A DNA stretch of 32,000 bases from Cupriavidus necator (lineage in GTDB: Bacteria; Pseudomonadota; Gammaproteobacteria; Burkholderiales; Burkholderiaceae), in assembly GCF_016127575.1 (NCBI RefSeq), contig NZ_CP066018.1:2730001-2762000 (forward strand). Reading direction: 5' to 3'. Positions 8,308 through 18,478 of the stretch are shown in pieces. How positions within the stretch are numbered: position 1 is the stretch's first letter; each line of letters starts with the position of its first letter. A program made the translations under genes and the position numbers. Under the pieces are notes generated by a model. That model did not search any database and was not told where the DNA came from. It saw only the letters and a program-made list of their open reading frames with translations.

Positions 8308-11163
8308 GTGAGTGTGAGCCAACATCGCCGGAAAGATGCGCCTACTGTCCGTCAGCGCTGGTCAACGCTGGCCGTCACGGCACTGGGCCTGCTGCTTGCG
8401 CAGCCGGCCGCATATGCCGCGGGGTTCGGGCAATTGCGGGTTCAGTCGAATCTGGGTCAGCCGCTGCAGGCTGAGATCGACATCAGTGGGGTCAGTGCCG
8501 AAGAGGCCGCCGGGCTCAGTGTCAAGCTGGCGTCGCCAGCGGCGTATGCCGCGGCCGGGCTGACCTACCTGCCGGCCGTCAGCAGCCTGCGGCTGGAGGT
8601 GGAGCGCCGCCCGAACGGCAGCTATGTGGCCCGGGTCCGCTCCAACCAGCCGATCAGCGAGCCCTTTGTCGACATCCTGGTCGACATGAGCTGGGCCAGC
8701 GGCAAGGTCTCGCGCGCCTATACCTTCCTGCTTGACCCCGCCGGGACCAAGCCTTCGAACCAGACTTTCTCGCCGGCGACGGTGGTGCAGGCGGCGACGC
8801 CGGATGCGCCGCCCGTAGCGGCACCGGCACCTGCCGCCGCGCCGCAGCCTGCGCCGGCCCAGGAAGCTGCGCCGGCCGCGGCTGCCGAGGCAGTCAAGCC
8901 AGCCGTGCCCGCGCGCCCTGCCCGCCAGAGCGCAAAGCGGGCGCCGGCACCGGCCGCCAGCGGCAGCACCGAGATGGCACCCGGCGGCGGCTACACCGTG
9001 CAGCGCGGCGACACGCTCTACGCCATTGCCGGCGAGGCCGTGCAAGGCCAGGAATCGGTCTCGCTGGACCAGATGCTGGTGGCGCTCTACCGCAACAATC
9101 CCAACGCCTTTATCGGCGGCAACATGAACCGGCTGCGCAGCGGCGCGGTGCTGCAGGTCCCGACCCAGCAACAGGCGCAAGCCGTCGCACCCAAGGCCGC
9201 CCGCCGCGAGGTGGTGGCGCGCACGCAGGGCTTCGATGCCTACCGCGGCCGGCTGGCCAGCGCTGCCGCGGCCAAGTCGGTCGAGCCCGACAGCGGCCGC
9301 CAGCAGTCCGGCAACGTGACCGCCCGGGTGCAGGAGCAGGCCGCCCCGACCGACGGCCCGCGCGATGAACTGAAGCTCAGCAAGGCCGCGCGCGGCGCGC
9401 AGGCCGACGCCGCGGCCAAGGCCGAAGCCGGCGTCGCGCGCGAGCGTGAACTCAAGGAGGCGCAGGCCCGCCTGGCGCAGCTGGAAAAGAACGTCGGCGA
9501 CATGCAGAAGCTGCTCGAGCTGAAGAACGCCGAGATCGCCAAGCTGAGCCAGGCCAACCAGGCGGTGCTGGCCGAGAAGGAAAAGGCTGAGGCCGCGGCC
9601 AAGGCCGCGGCGGCGGCGCCGACCGTGGTGGCGGCCCAGCCGCCGAAGGCCGATGCCGTGGCCCCGGCCCCGGTTGCGGCCGCCGCGACGGCTGCCGCAA
9701 CCGCAGCGACCGCAGCCAGCGCCCCGGCAGCGGCCGGCGCCAGCGCCGCGGACGCCGTGGCGCCTGCGGCAGTCTCAGCCGTGGCAGCGGCCCCCGCTTC
9801 GCAGCCGGCTGCCGCCGTTCCTGCCAGTGCAACGCAGGCCGCCGCCGCATCGGCCCCCGCGGCCAAGCGCCCGCCGGTGGTGGCGGCCCAGCCCGAGCCG
9901 GTGCCCGAACCGTCGTTCATCGATGGCCTGCTGGCCAACCCCATGCTGCTGCCCGGCGGTGGCCTGCTGGTGGCGCTGCTCGGCGTCTATGCGATCTATC
10001 GCCGCCGCCAGCAGCAGAAGGCGGGCGAGGCGACCGGCTTCGGCGACAGCATCCTGTCGCAGGAAAGCACGGTGATGGCCGGTGCCAATTCGCTGTTCGG
10101 CACGGCCGGGGGGCAGAGCGTCGACACCTCGCAGCACAGCGTGTTCGGCGCGGACTTCCGCATCGGCAACAACACGCCGGAAGCCAACGAGGTTGACCCG
10201 ATCGCCGAGGCCGAGGTCTATATCGCCTATGGGCGCGATGTGCAGGCGGAGGAAATCCTGCGCGAAGCCCTGGAGAAGAACCCGGAGCAGCAGCCGGTGC
10301 GGCTCAAGCTCCTGGAGATTTACAGCAACAGACAGGATGTGGAAGGTTTCCGCGTGATTGCAGAAGAAATGTTCGCCCAGACCGGCGGACACGGGGCGGA
10401 ATGGCTGAAGGCAGCAGAAATGGGGCGCGCGCTCGAGCCGGGCAACGCGCTCTTCCTGGCGGTGACGCCCGAAGCGGCGGGGCCGGATACGACCTCGCCG
10501 GCAACCGACCAGTGGCGCACCCAGGACCCGTCGCAGAATCCGGCCTCGATCCCGCGGCTGGAGCCGTCGCTGGGTGACCTGGCGCTGCCGCTGGATGCCT
10601 TCCCGGCCCCGGCGGCCGGCGAGCCGATCGTGGCGCCTGCTTCCGCGGCGATGGTGTTTGGCGCTGACGCGCACGACGCCGGCGAGCCGGTACGGCTGGA
10701 TCTCGGCCTGCCTCGCACCGGCGCCGACCCGCTTGCCGATGACGTGCCCACCCTCGACACGCCGACCCGCAGCCGTCCGCTGGAGTTCGACATGTCCGGG
10801 CTGTCGCTTGACCTGGGCAGCGCCGCGCAAGCCGACGCCCGCGGCAAGGATGTGCTGGACGAGGCCACCATGCCGCTGCCCGCCACCACCATGCTGCGCG
10901 ACGGCAAGCTGGCCGAGCCGATCGACCTGTCGCGCGTGGCGCCTGAAACCGGCGGCGACCTCACGCACGGGGGTTCGCCGAGCACGCTGTCGGTCGACGG
11001 CGTGGACGGCGGGCGGGACATGCAGATCAAGCTTGACCTGGCTCGTGCCTATATCGAGATCGGCGACAAGGAAGGGGCGCGCGAACTGCTGCAGGAAGTG
11101 GTCGAGCAGTCGCAGGATCCGCTGCAGGCGGAGGCCCGTTCGCTGCTGCAGGAAGTGGCCTGA
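8308..11163 (+). CDS. fimV: FimV-family (type IV pilus assembly / peptidoglycan-binding) protein
   Basis: 951-aa ORF with a GTG start at 8308 and ACGGAG upstream.
- Signal-like N-terminus, then the FimV N-terminal motif (GFGQLRVQSNLGQPLQAEIDISGV).
- LysM-like segment (YTVQRGDTLYAIAG...LQVP).
- Coiled-coil and Ala/Pro-rich linkers.
- One TM segment (LLPGGGLLVALLGVYAIYRRRQQQ).
- FimV C-terminal motif (IKLDLARAYIEIGDKEGARELLQEV).
- The asd-fimV-truA order is the same as in Pseudomonas. Confidence 0.85.
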   Translation: MSVSQHRRKDAPTVRQRWSTLAVTALGLLLAQPAAYAAGFGQLRVQSNLGQPLQAEIDISGVSAEEAAGLSVKLASPAAYAAAGLTYLPAVSSLRLEVERRPNGSYVARVRSNQPISEPFVDILVDMSWASGKVSRAYTFLLDPAGTKPSNQTFSPATVVQAATPDAPPVAAPAPAAAPQPAPAQEAAPAAAAEAVKPAVPARPARQSAKRAPAPAASGSTEMAPGGGYTVQRGDTLYAIAGEAVQGQESVSLDQMLVALYRNNPNAFIGGNMNRLRSGAVLQVPTQQQAQAVAPKAARREVVARTQGFDAYRGRLASAAAAKSVEPDSGRQQSGNVTARVQEQAAPTDGPRDELKLSKAARGAQADAAAKAEAGVARERELKEAQARLAQLEKNVGDMQKLLELKNAEIAKLSQANQAVLAEKEKAEAAAKAAAAAPTVVAAQPPKADAVAPAPVAAAATAAATAATAASAPAAAGASAADAVAPAAVSAVAAAPASQPAAAVPASATQAAAASAPAAKRPPVVAAQPEPVPEPSFIDGLLANPMLLPGGGLLVALLGVYAIYRRRQQQKAGEATGFGDSILSQESTVMAGANSLFGTAGGQSVDTSQHSVFGADFRIGNNTPEANEVDPIAEAEVYIAYGRDVQAEEILREALEKNPEQQPVRLKLLEIYSNRQDVEGFRVIAEEMFAQTGGHGAEWLKAAEMGRALEPGNALFLAVTPEAAGPDTTSPATDQWRTQDPSQNPASIPRLEPSLGDLALPLDAFPAPAAGEPIVAPASAAMVFGADAHDAGEPVRLDLGLPRTGADPLADDVPTLDTPTRSRPLEFDMSGLSLDLGSAAQADARGKDVLDEATMPLPATTMLRDGKLAEPIDLSRVAPETGGDLTHGGSPSTLSVDGVDGGRDMQIKLDLARAYIEIGDKEGARELLQEVVEQSQDPLQAEARSLLQEVA

Positions 11164-11212
11164 GCTATCATTGACGGTCCGGCCGCGGCACGCGCTGCCG
11201 CAGCCTGAAGCG

Positions 11213-11250
11213 ATGCGCCGGAAGCGTCCCTTCCGGCGCATTTGCTTTTT
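11213..11250 (+). terminator. Intrinsic terminator after fimV
   Basis: ATGCGCCGGAAG (11213-11224) pairs with CTTCCGGCGCAT (11230-11241), a perfect 12-bp stem with a 5-nt loop. It is followed by TTGCTTTTT. Confidence 0.85.
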
Positions 11251-11312
11251 CGGCGGACCTGGCGTGAACCGCTGCGTCCGGACGTACCCGCCGCCTTGCC
11301 CGATCCCCTGAC

Positions 11313-12131
11313 ATGAACCGCATCGCTCTTGGCCTGCACTACGACGGCGCCGCCTTTTCCGGCTGGCAGTCGCAGCCGCACCGCAATACCGTGCAGGATC
11401 ACCTGGAAAACGCCATCGAGCGTTTTGCCGGGGTGCGCCTGCTGACCACCGTGGCGGGGCGCACCGATACCGGCGTGCATGCGCTCGGCCAGGTCATCCA
11501 CCTGGACACCGCGCTCGAGCGCGAGCCATTTTCCTGGGTGCGCGGCGTCAACGCCTTCCTGCCGCCGTCGATCGCGCTGCAATGGGCGCTGCCGGTGGAC
11601 CAGGGTTTCCACGCGCGTTTCCTGGCGTTCGAGCGCATGTATTACTACGCGCTCTACACCGGGCCACACCGCGTGCCGCTGGTGCACGGCCGCGCCGGCT
11701 ACCAGATGCTGCCGCCGGGCCAGCGGCTCGACGTCGACGCCATGCGCGAGGCCGCCGCATGCCTGCTCGGCGAGCATGATTTCTCCGCCTTCCGCGCCGC
11801 CGAATGCCAGGCCAAGTCGCCGGTCAAGACCATGTACGACGTCACCATCAGGGATGACGGCAACTGGGTGTTCCTGCGCTTTCGCGCCAGCGCCTTCCTG
11901 CACCACATGGTGCGCAACCTGATGGGCTGCCTGGTGGCGGTGGGGCGCGGACGCTACCCCGCGCACTGGCTGGCGCAGGTGCTGGCCGGGCGCGAGCGCA
12001 AGCTGGCGGCGCCGACCTTCATGCCGGACGGCCTCTACCTGGTCGGCGTCAAGTATCCTGATCCTTACCAGATCCCCGCGGCCGATCCGTCCGCGAGCCT
12101 GTTCCATGGAGTGTTCGATGACGCAGCCTGA
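11313..12131 (+). CDS. truA: tRNA pseudouridine(38-40) synthase TruA
   Basis: 272-aa ORF starting [21 protein letters not shown]. Catalytic motif GRTDTGVHA. Confidence 0.95.
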   Translation: MNRIALGLHYDGAAFSGWQSQPHRNTVQDHLENAIERFAGVRLLTTVAGRTDTGVHALGQVIHLDTALEREPFSWVRGVNAFLPPSIALQWALPVDQGFHARFLAFERMYYYALYTGPHRVPLVHGRAGYQMLPPGQRLDVDAMREAAACLLGEHDFSAFRAAECQAKSPVKTMYDVTIRDDGNWVFLRFRASAFLHHMVRNLMGCLVAVGRGRYPAHWLAQVLAGRERKLAAPTFMPDGLYLVGVKYPDPYQIPAADPSASLFHGVFDDAA

Positions 12132-12861
12132 GGCCGCTGAAGGCAGCACGGCGGGCAGCACAGTGCACATGCCGGCCCGCACCCGCATCAAGATCTGCGG
12201 CCTGACGCGCGAGGACGACGTGCGCGCCGCCGTGGACGCCGGCGCCGATGCCATCGGGCTGGTGTTCTACCCGAACAGCCCGCGCTGCGTCGACGTGGCG
12301 CGCGCCGCGGCGCTGGCCGAGGCCGCCGGGCCGTTCGTGGCGATCACCGGGCTGTTCGTCAATGCCGACCTGGAAGACATCGCCCATGTGGCCGAGCGCG
12401 TGCCGCTGACGCTGCTGCAACTGCACGGCGACGAGACCCCGCAGTTCTGCACGCAGGCGGCGCAGCGCTGCCGGCTGCCCTTCATGCGCGCCGCCCGTGT
12501 GCGCCCGGGGCTTGATTTGGTAGAATTTGCCGATCAATACCGTGATGCCGCTGCCTTGCTGCTCGATGCCTTCGTCGAAGGCTACGGCGGTGGCGGCCAC
12601 GTCTTCGACTGGACCCTGATTCCCCCGGCATGGCTTCCGCCTACTCCCCCGGTACCAGCTACCGGCAACCCGAACGCAAGCGGCGCTCCTCGCATCGTTT
12701 TGAGTGGTGGGTTGAACGCGCAAAACGTCGCTGGCGCGATTGAACGCGTGCGGCCCTACGCTGTGGACGTCAGCAGCGGGGTAGAGGCCGCCAAGGGCGT
12801 GAAGGACCACGCCCGCATCGCCGCGTTCGTGCGCGCTGTGCGCAGTGCCGAGGCAGGATGA
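12118..12861 (+). CDS. trpF: N-(5'-phosphoribosyl)anthranilate isomerase
   Basis: ORF 12106..12861. I prefer ATG 12118, which has GGAG 6 nt upstream and overlaps the truA end by 14 nt. Alternative starts are 12106 and 12169 ([15 protein letters not shown]). TrpF motifs are present: KICGLT, DAIGLVF, LQLHGDE, LSGGL. The gene carries a Pro-rich insertion ([23 protein letters not shown]). Confidence 0.9.
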   Translation: MTQPEAAEGSTAGSTVHMPARTRIKICGLTREDDVRAAVDAGADAIGLVFYPNSPRCVDVARAAALAEAAGPFVAITGLFVNADLEDIAHVAERVPLTLLQLHGDETPQFCTQAAQRCRLPFMRAARVRPGLDLVEFADQYRDAAALLLDAFVEGYGGGGHVFDWTLIPPAWLPPTPPVPATGNPNASGAPRIVLSGGLNAQNVAGAIERVRPYAVDVSSGVEAAKGVKDHARIAAFVRAVRSAEAG

Positions 12862-12985
12862 GCCGGGCCGTGTCCCGCGTCTTTCCCCATGCCGCCCGTG
12901 GCCTGCCGCATGCGCGCACACGCATCGCAGTCAACCATGCGCCCTTGCCGGATGAGGCAAGGCCGCTGTTCCGAAGAGTCTAGAC

Positions 12986-14179
12986 ATGTACGACTTGCCC
13001 GATTCCCGTGGCCATTTCGGCCCCTATGGCGGCACCTTCGTGTCCGAAACGCTGGTCCACGCGCTCGATGAGCTGCGCGAGGCCTATGCGCACTACCAGA
13101 AGGATCCGGAGTTCGATGCCGAATACCGCCGCGAACTGAAGCACTTTGTCGGCCGCCCGTCGCCGATCTACCACGCGCAGCGCTGGAGCGAGACGCTCGG
13201 TGGCGCGCAGATCTACTTCAAGCGCGAAGACCTGAACCACACCGGCGCGCACAAGATCAACAACGTGATCGGCCAGGCGCTGCTGGCCAAGCGCATGGGC
13301 AAGCCGCGCGTGATCGCCGAGACCGGGGCAGGGCAGCACGGCGTGGCCACCGCCACCATTGCCGCGCGCTTCGGCATGGAGTGCGTGGTCTACATGGGGG
13401 CCGAGGACGTCAAGCGCCAGGCCGCCAACGTCTACCGCATGAAGCTGCTGGGCGCCACCGTGGTGCCGGTGGAAAGCGGCTCGCGCACGCTCAAGGACGC
13501 GCTCAATGAAGCCATGCGCGACTGGGTCACCAACGTCGAGAACACCTTCTACATCATCGGCACCGTGGCCGGCCCGCATCCGTACCCGATGATGGTGCGC
13601 GACTTCCAGTGCGTGATCGGCGAGGAAGCCAAGGTGCAGATGCCGGAGATGACGGGCCGCCAGCCGGATGCCGTGATCGCCTGCGTCGGCGGCGGCTCCA
13701 ATGCCATGGGCATCTTCTACCCGTATATCGAGCACCAGGACGTGCAGCTGATCGGTGTGGAAGCCGCCGGCGACGGCCTCGACACCGGCCGCCACGCGGC
13801 CTCGCTGACCGGCGGCACGCCGGGCGTGCTGCACGGCAACCGCACCTACCTGCTGCAGGACGCCAACGGCCAGATCATCGAGACCCATTCGGTGTCGGCC
13901 GGCCTGGACTACCCGGGCGTGGGCCCCGAGCATGCGTGGCTCAAGGACAGCGGTCGCGCGCAGTACGTGCCGATCACGGATGAAGAAGCGCTCAAGGCCT
14001 TCCACGACTGCTGCCGCATCGAGGGCATCATCCCGGCGCTGGAATCGAGCCACGCCATCGCCTATGCCTGCAAGCTGGCGCCGACGCTGCCCAAGGACAA
14101 GCTGCTGCTGGTGAACCTGTCCGGCCGCGGCGACAAGGACATGCACACCGTGGCCGAGCGCGCGGGGCTCAAGCTCTGA
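12986..14179 (+). CDS. trpB: Tryptophan synthase beta chain
   Basis: 397-aa ORF. PLP-lysine context [11 protein letters not shown], plus GGGSNAMG. Confidence 0.97.
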   Translation: MYDLPDSRGHFGPYGGTFVSETLVHALDELREAYAHYQKDPEFDAEYRRELKHFVGRPSPIYHAQRWSETLGGAQIYFKREDLNHTGAHKINNVIGQALLAKRMGKPRVIAETGAGQHGVATATIAARFGMECVVYMGAEDVKRQAANVYRMKLLGATVVPVESGSRTLKDALNEAMRDWVTNVENTFYIIGTVAGPHPYPMMVRDFQCVIGEEAKVQMPEMTGRQPDAVIACVGGGSNAMGIFYPYIEHQDVQLIGVEAAGDGLDTGRHAASLTGGTPGVLHGNRTYLLQDANGQIIETHSVSAGLDYPGVGPEHAWLKDSGRAQYVPITDEEALKAFHDCCRIEGIIPALESSHAIAYACKLAPTLPKDKLLLVNLSGRGDKDMHTVAERAGLKL

Positions 14180-15105
14180 TGCGCGCGCTGCCTCCGACCG
14201 GACTTGCCGTGGGCGGCGCGGGCGCGCCGGATGCGTCCGGAGCGCCCGATTCCGCCCAGCTGCGCCTGTTCCAGGAAGACATGTTCGAGGGCATTGCCCG
14301 CCTGCCGGACGGCTCGGTCGACCTGATCGTCGCCGATCCGCCCTACGGGCTGGGCAAGGACTACGGCAACGATTCCGACCTGCTGTCGGGCCAGGAGTAT
14401 CTGGACTGGTCCGAGCGCTGGATGAACGCGGTCGTGCCCAAGCTCGCGCCCAAGGGAACGCTCTACCTGTTCTGCACCTGGCAGTATTCGCCCGAGCTGT
14501 TCGTGATGCTCAAGCGGCGCCTGACCATGATCAACGAGATCATCTGGGACCGCCGCGTGCCCAGCATGGGCGGCACCACGCGCAAGTTCTCGTCGGTGCA
14601 CGACAACATCGGCTTTTTTGCCCGCGCGCGCGACTACTACTTCGATCTCGACCCGGTCCGCATTCCCTACGACCCCGAGACCAAGAAGGCGCGCAGCCGT
14701 CCGCGTTTCGAAGGCAAGAAGTGGCTGGAGGTGGGCTACAACCCGAAGGACCTGTGGAGCGTCTCGCGCATCCACCGCCAGGACCCGGAGCGCGCCAACC
14801 ACCCGACGCAGAAGCCGCTGGAAATCGTCGAGCGCATGGTGCTGTCAAGCTGCCCGCCGGGCGGCCTGGTGCTGGATCCGTTCGCCGGCAGCGGCACCAC
14901 CGCGGTGGCCTGCCTGCGCCACGGACGGCGCTTTGCCGGCTTCGAGATCAACCCGGAGTATGTGCAGGTGGCATGCGATCGCGTGTCTGCCGCCGCTGCA
15001 GCCCTTGCCGTCACGAATGCAGCCGCCGAGCCTGCCGCCACCCCAACCCTGGCCGCCGCCAACGACGATGTCTCGCCGGCGCCGCGGCCTCACCTGATTC
15101 CCTGA
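14179..15105 (+). CDS. Site-specific DNA methyltransferase (N6-adenine/N4-cytosine, beta-class motif order), orphan
   Basis: 308-aa ORF whose ATG overlaps the trpB TGA (TGATG). Its stop is 1 nt before the trpA ATG. Catalytic motif IV DPPY ([15 protein letters not shown]) is N-terminal and the AdoMet motif I ([15 protein letters not shown]) is C-terminal, so the order is IV...I. Codon usage matches the neighbours, and no endonuclease gene is adjacent. Ala/Pro-rich C-terminal tail. Confidence 0.9.
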   Translation: MRALPPTGLAVGGAGAPDASGAPDSAQLRLFQEDMFEGIARLPDGSVDLIVADPPYGLGKDYGNDSDLLSGQEYLDWSERWMNAVVPKLAPKGTLYLFCTWQYSPELFVMLKRRLTMINEIIWDRRVPSMGGTTRKFSSVHDNIGFFARARDYYFDLDPVRIPYDPETKKARSRPRFEGKKWLEVGYNPKDLWSVSRIHRQDPERANHPTQKPLEIVERMVLSSCPPGGLVLDPFAGSGTTAVACLRHGRRFAGFEINPEYVQVACDRVSAAAAALAVTNAAAEPAATPTLAAANDDVSPAPRPHLIP

Positions 15106-15106
15106 T

Positions 15107-15904
15107 ATGTCCCGTATCCAGAAGACGTTCGCGGCGCTGGCCGCGCAGCAGAAGAAGGGCCTGATTCCGTTTATCACCGCCGGCGATCCCGAGCCCGGCC
15201 TGACCGTGGCGCTGATACATGCGCTGGTGGCGGGCGGCGCTGACGTGATCGAGCTGGGCGTGCCGTTCTCCGACCCGATGGCCGACGGCCCGGTGATCCA
15301 GCGCGCCTCCGAGCGCGCGCTGGCGCAGGGCGTGTCGCTGACCCAGGTGCTGCAGTGGGTGCGCGAGTTCCGCCAGACCAATGCCGATACCCCGGTGGTG
15401 CTGATGGGCTACGCCAATCCGATCGAGTGCATGGGCGAGCAGGTCTTTGCCGCCGCCGCGCGCGAAGCCGGCGTCGACGGCGTGCTGGTGGTCGACTATC
15501 CGCCCGAGGAGTGCGAGTCGTTCGCCACGCTGATGCGCGACAACGGCATGGACCCGATCTTCCTGCTGGCGCCGACTTCGACCGATGCCCGCATCGAGGC
15601 CGTGGCGCGCGTGGCCAGCGGCTACCTGTACTACGTGTCGCTCAAGGGCGTGACCGGCTCGGCCGCGATCGACCTGGACAGCGTGGCGGCGCGCCTGCCG
15701 CTGATCAAGCAGCATGCAAACCTGCCGGTGGGCGTGGGCTTCGGCATCCGCGACGCGCCGACCGCGCGCGCGATCGGCAGCGTGGCCGATGCCGTGGTGA
15801 TCGGCAGCCGCCTGGTGCAGCTGCTGGAGGACACCCCGCGCGAACAGGCGGTGGCGACGCTGCAGGCGTTTATCGCCGAGATCCGCCAGGCGCTGGATAG
15901 TTGA
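15107..15904 (+). CDS. trpA: Tryptophan synthase alpha chain
   Basis: 265-aa ORF with TrpA motifs: [29 protein letters not shown], and [10 protein letters not shown]. Confidence 0.95.
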   Translation: MSRIQKTFAALAAQQKKGLIPFITAGDPEPGLTVALIHALVAGGADVIELGVPFSDPMADGPVIQRASERALAQGVSLTQVLQWVREFRQTNADTPVVLMGYANPIECMGEQVFAAAAREAGVDGVLVVDYPPEECESFATLMRDNGMDPIFLLAPTSTDARIEAVARVASGYLYYVSLKGVTGSAAIDLDSVAARLPLIKQHANLPVGVGFGIRDAPTARAIGSVADAVVIGSRLVQLLEDTPREQAVATLQAFIAEIRQALDS

Positions 15905-16084
15905 AGTGATCTAATGTCGGCCTGATGATCATTTTTAAGTGCTTCAATGTGCGCAAATCGCGCGTTGCGCTTCGAGGTCACCGGGCCGGCATGGTAAATT
16001 CGCGGGTTGATTCCCTGCCATCTGCCAACAGGCGTCCCGACACCGGGCTTGCCGGCGGACCGCAGTCATCCGAAAGGAGCTTTC

Positions 16085-16957
16085 ATGAGCTGGTTGGATA
16101 AACTCCTGCCCCCCAAGATTCAACAGACCGACCCCAGCACCCGCAAGGGCATCCCTGAGGGATTGTGGGTCAAGTGCCCGTCGTGCGAGTCCACCCTGTA
16201 CCGGACCGACGTCGAGGCCAACCTGCACGTCTGCCCCAAGTGCGACCACCATATGCGCATCAGCGCGCGGGCACGCCTGGACGGGCTGCTGGACGCCGAA
16301 GGCCGCTATGAGATCGGCCAGGAGATCGTGCCGGTCGACGCCCTCAAGTTCAAGGATTCCAAGAAGTACCCGGACCGCATCAAGGCCGCCATGGATGACA
16401 CCGGCGAGACCGATGCCATGGTGGTGATGGGCGGTGCCATCCACACCATCCCGGTGGTGGTCAGCTGCTTCGAGTTCGAGTTCATGGGCGGTTCGATGGG
16501 CTCGGTGGTGGGTGAGCGCTTCGTGCGCGGCGCGCAGGCTGCGCTGGAGCAGAAGGTGCCGTTCATCTGCTTTACCGCCACCGGCGGCGCGCGCATGCAG
16601 GAAAGCCTGCTGTCGCTGCTGCAGATGGCCAAGACCACCTCGATGCTGAACCAGCTGAGCGCGGCCAAGCTGCCGTTCATCAGCGTGCTGACCGACCCGA
16701 CCATGGGCGGCGTGTCGGCCAGCTTCGCCTTCCTGGGCGACGTGGTGATCGCCGAGCCCAAGGCGCTGATCGGCTTTGCCGGCCCGCGCGTGATCGAGCA
16801 GACCGTGCGCGAGAAGCTGCCTGAAGGCTTCCAGCGCTCGGAGTTCCTGATCCAGAAGGGCGCTATCGACATGATCGTCGACCGCCGCAAGATGCGCGCG
16901 GAACTGGCGCAGCTGCTGGCGCTGCTGCAGAAGCAGCCGGCCGACGCGGTGGCATAA
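16085..16957 (+). CDS. accD: Acetyl-CoA carboxylase carboxyltransferase beta subunit
   Basis: ORF 16007..16957. I place the start at ATG 16085 ([12 protein letters not shown]) with GAAAGGAG upstream. Contains the N-terminal Zn ribbon CPSC...CPKC and the carboxyltransferase domain. Confidence 0.95.
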   Translation: MSWLDKLLPPKIQQTDPSTRKGIPEGLWVKCPSCESTLYRTDVEANLHVCPKCDHHMRISARARLDGLLDAEGRYEIGQEIVPVDALKFKDSKKYPDRIKAAMDDTGETDAMVVMGGAIHTIPVVVSCFEFEFMGGSMGSVVGERFVRGAQAALEQKVPFICFTATGGARMQESLLSLLQMAKTTSMLNQLSAAKLPFISVLTDPTMGGVSASFAFLGDVVIAEPKALIGFAGPRVIEQTVREKLPEGFQRSEFLIQKGAIDMIVDRRKMRAELAQLLALLQKQPADAVA

Positions 16958-16977
16958 CAACGTCTGCATGGCAGATC

Positions 16978-17011
16978 AAGGGCGCGGGTGGTTGACGCGC
17001 CTTTCGCTTTT
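16978..17011 (+). terminator. Probable intrinsic terminator after accD (a second hairpin follows at 17037-17065)
   Basis: AAGGGCGCG (16978-16986) pairs with CGCGCCTTT (16996-17004), 9 bp including one G.U, with tail CGCTTTTCC. A second hairpin GGCCGGG/CCCGGCC (17037-17056) is followed by TTGACTTTG. Confidence 0.55.
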
Positions 17012-17113
17012 CCTGGCCGCCCCGGTGGCTATGTCGGGCCGGGTGCAAGCCCGGCCTTGACTTTGCCGCTGGCTGGCCAAATCTGGTAGCAACAGCTTTT
17101 CCTCGCACCCCAC

Positions 17114-18424
17114 ATGCCTGTCTTCCATACGCTCCCCGAATGGCTTGCCCATCTCGAAACCGCCCATCCCGTGGGCATCGACATGGGCCTGGCGCGCATC
17201 ACGCGCGTGAAGGAGGCCCTCGGGCTGCGCATCGACGCCGTGGTGTTCACGGTGGGCGGCACCAACGGCAAGGGCTCTACCTGCGCGATGCTCGAGCGCA
17301 TCCTGCTGGAGGCCGGCTACAAGGTGGGCTGCCATACCTCGCCGCACCTGATCTCGTTCAACGAGCGCGCCCGCATCAATGGCGAGATCGCCACCGATGC
17401 GCAGCTGCTGCCGCATTTCGAGGCGGTCGAGCGCGCGCGCAACAGCTTTGCCGACCCGGTCAGCCTGACCTACTTCGAGTTCACCACGCTGGCGATCATT
17501 CATGCCTTCGCCGCGGCCGGGCTGGACGCGATCATCCTGGAAGTGGGCCTGGGCGGGCGCCTGGACGCGGTCAACGTGATCGATACCGACTGCGCCATCG
17601 TCACCAGCGTCGATATCGACCATACCCAGTACCTGGGCCATACGCGCGAGGAGATCGGCTTCGAGAAGGCCGGCATCTTCCGCCCGGGCGTGCCCGCGAT
17701 CTGCGGCGACCCGATGCCGCCCAAGTCGCTGGTGGCGCACGCCGAGGCCGTCGGCGCCGAGTTGTGGCTGGTGGGGCGCGACTACCATTTCCACGCCGCC
17801 AAGGGCCAGGAGCGCCAGCAATGGGACTGGAGCGGCGGCGGGCGCAAGCTTAACGGCCTGGGCTACCCGGCGCTGCGCGGCGCCAACCAGCTGCTCAACG
17901 CGGCGGCGGCGCTGGCCGCGCTGCAGGCCATGCGCCCGCGCCTGCCGGTCAGCGCACAGGAAGTGCGCAACGGCCTGGCTTTTGTCGAGCTGCCGGGCCG
18001 CTTCCAGGTGCTGCCAGGCCGCCCGGCCGTGATCCTGGACGTGGCGCACAATCCGCATGCGGCGGCCACGCTGGGGCAGAACCTGGAGAACATGGGGTTC
18101 TTCCGCTACACCTACGCGGTGTTCGGCGCGATGCAGGACAAGGACATCGCCGGGGTGCTGCAGCACGTGGCCGATAAGGTCGACCACTGGTGCCTGTGCG
18201 ACCTGCCGACCGAGCGCGCCGCCAGGGCCGCGGACCTGCTCGCCAAGCTGGAGGCGGGCGGATTCCGCCCCGGCCCGGACGCCACCGCGGCCTGCTTCTC
18301 CAGCCCCGAGGCGGCATTCCGCGATGCCATCGAGCGAGCCACCGAGAATGATAGAATTCTGGTCTTCGGATCGTTCTATACCGTCGCCGGCGTGATGGCG
18401 TATCGTGCCACGCAGGCTAACTGA
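17114..18424 (+). CDS. folC: Bifunctional folylpolyglutamate synthase / dihydrofolate synthase
   Basis: 436-aa ORF. Mur-ligase P-loop VGGTNGKGST. The accD-folC-dedD-cvpA-purF order is the same as in E. coli. Confidence 0.93.
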   Translation: MPVFHTLPEWLAHLETAHPVGIDMGLARITRVKEALGLRIDAVVFTVGGTNGKGSTCAMLERILLEAGYKVGCHTSPHLISFNERARINGEIATDAQLLPHFEAVERARNSFADPVSLTYFEFTTLAIIHAFAAAGLDAIILEVGLGGRLDAVNVIDTDCAIVTSVDIDHTQYLGHTREEIGFEKAGIFRPGVPAICGDPMPPKSLVAHAEAVGAELWLVGRDYHFHAAKGQERQQWDWSGGGRKLNGLGYPALRGANQLLNAAAALAALQAMRPRLPVSAQEVRNGLAFVELPGRFQVLPGRPAVILDVAHNPHAAATLGQNLENMGFFRYTYAVFGAMQDKDIAGVLQHVADKVDHWCLCDLPTERAARAADLLAKLEAGGFRPGPDATAACFSSPEAAFRDAIERATENDRILVFGSFYTVAGVMAYRATQAN

Positions 18425-18478
18425 AGCAGGCGCCCCGGCGCCCGCTGACCTGGCAACCCCGGCGGCCTTGGCCGATCA

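Noticed and set aside
9560-9900. A highly repetitive GCC/GCG-rich DNA stretch inside fimV that might be a tandem repeat or CRISPR-like array.
   Set aside because: It is in frame with fimV and encodes Ala/Pro/Thr-rich low-complexity linker sequence. There is no fixed repeat unit and no spacer periodicity.
12106-12168. Alternative trpF starts: ATG 12106 (the longest ORF) and ATG 12169 (closest to the conserved KICG motif).
   Set aside because: These are not rejected outright. Neither 12106 nor 12169 has an upstream SD, whereas 12118 has GGAG at the right spacing. The gene call itself is unaffected.
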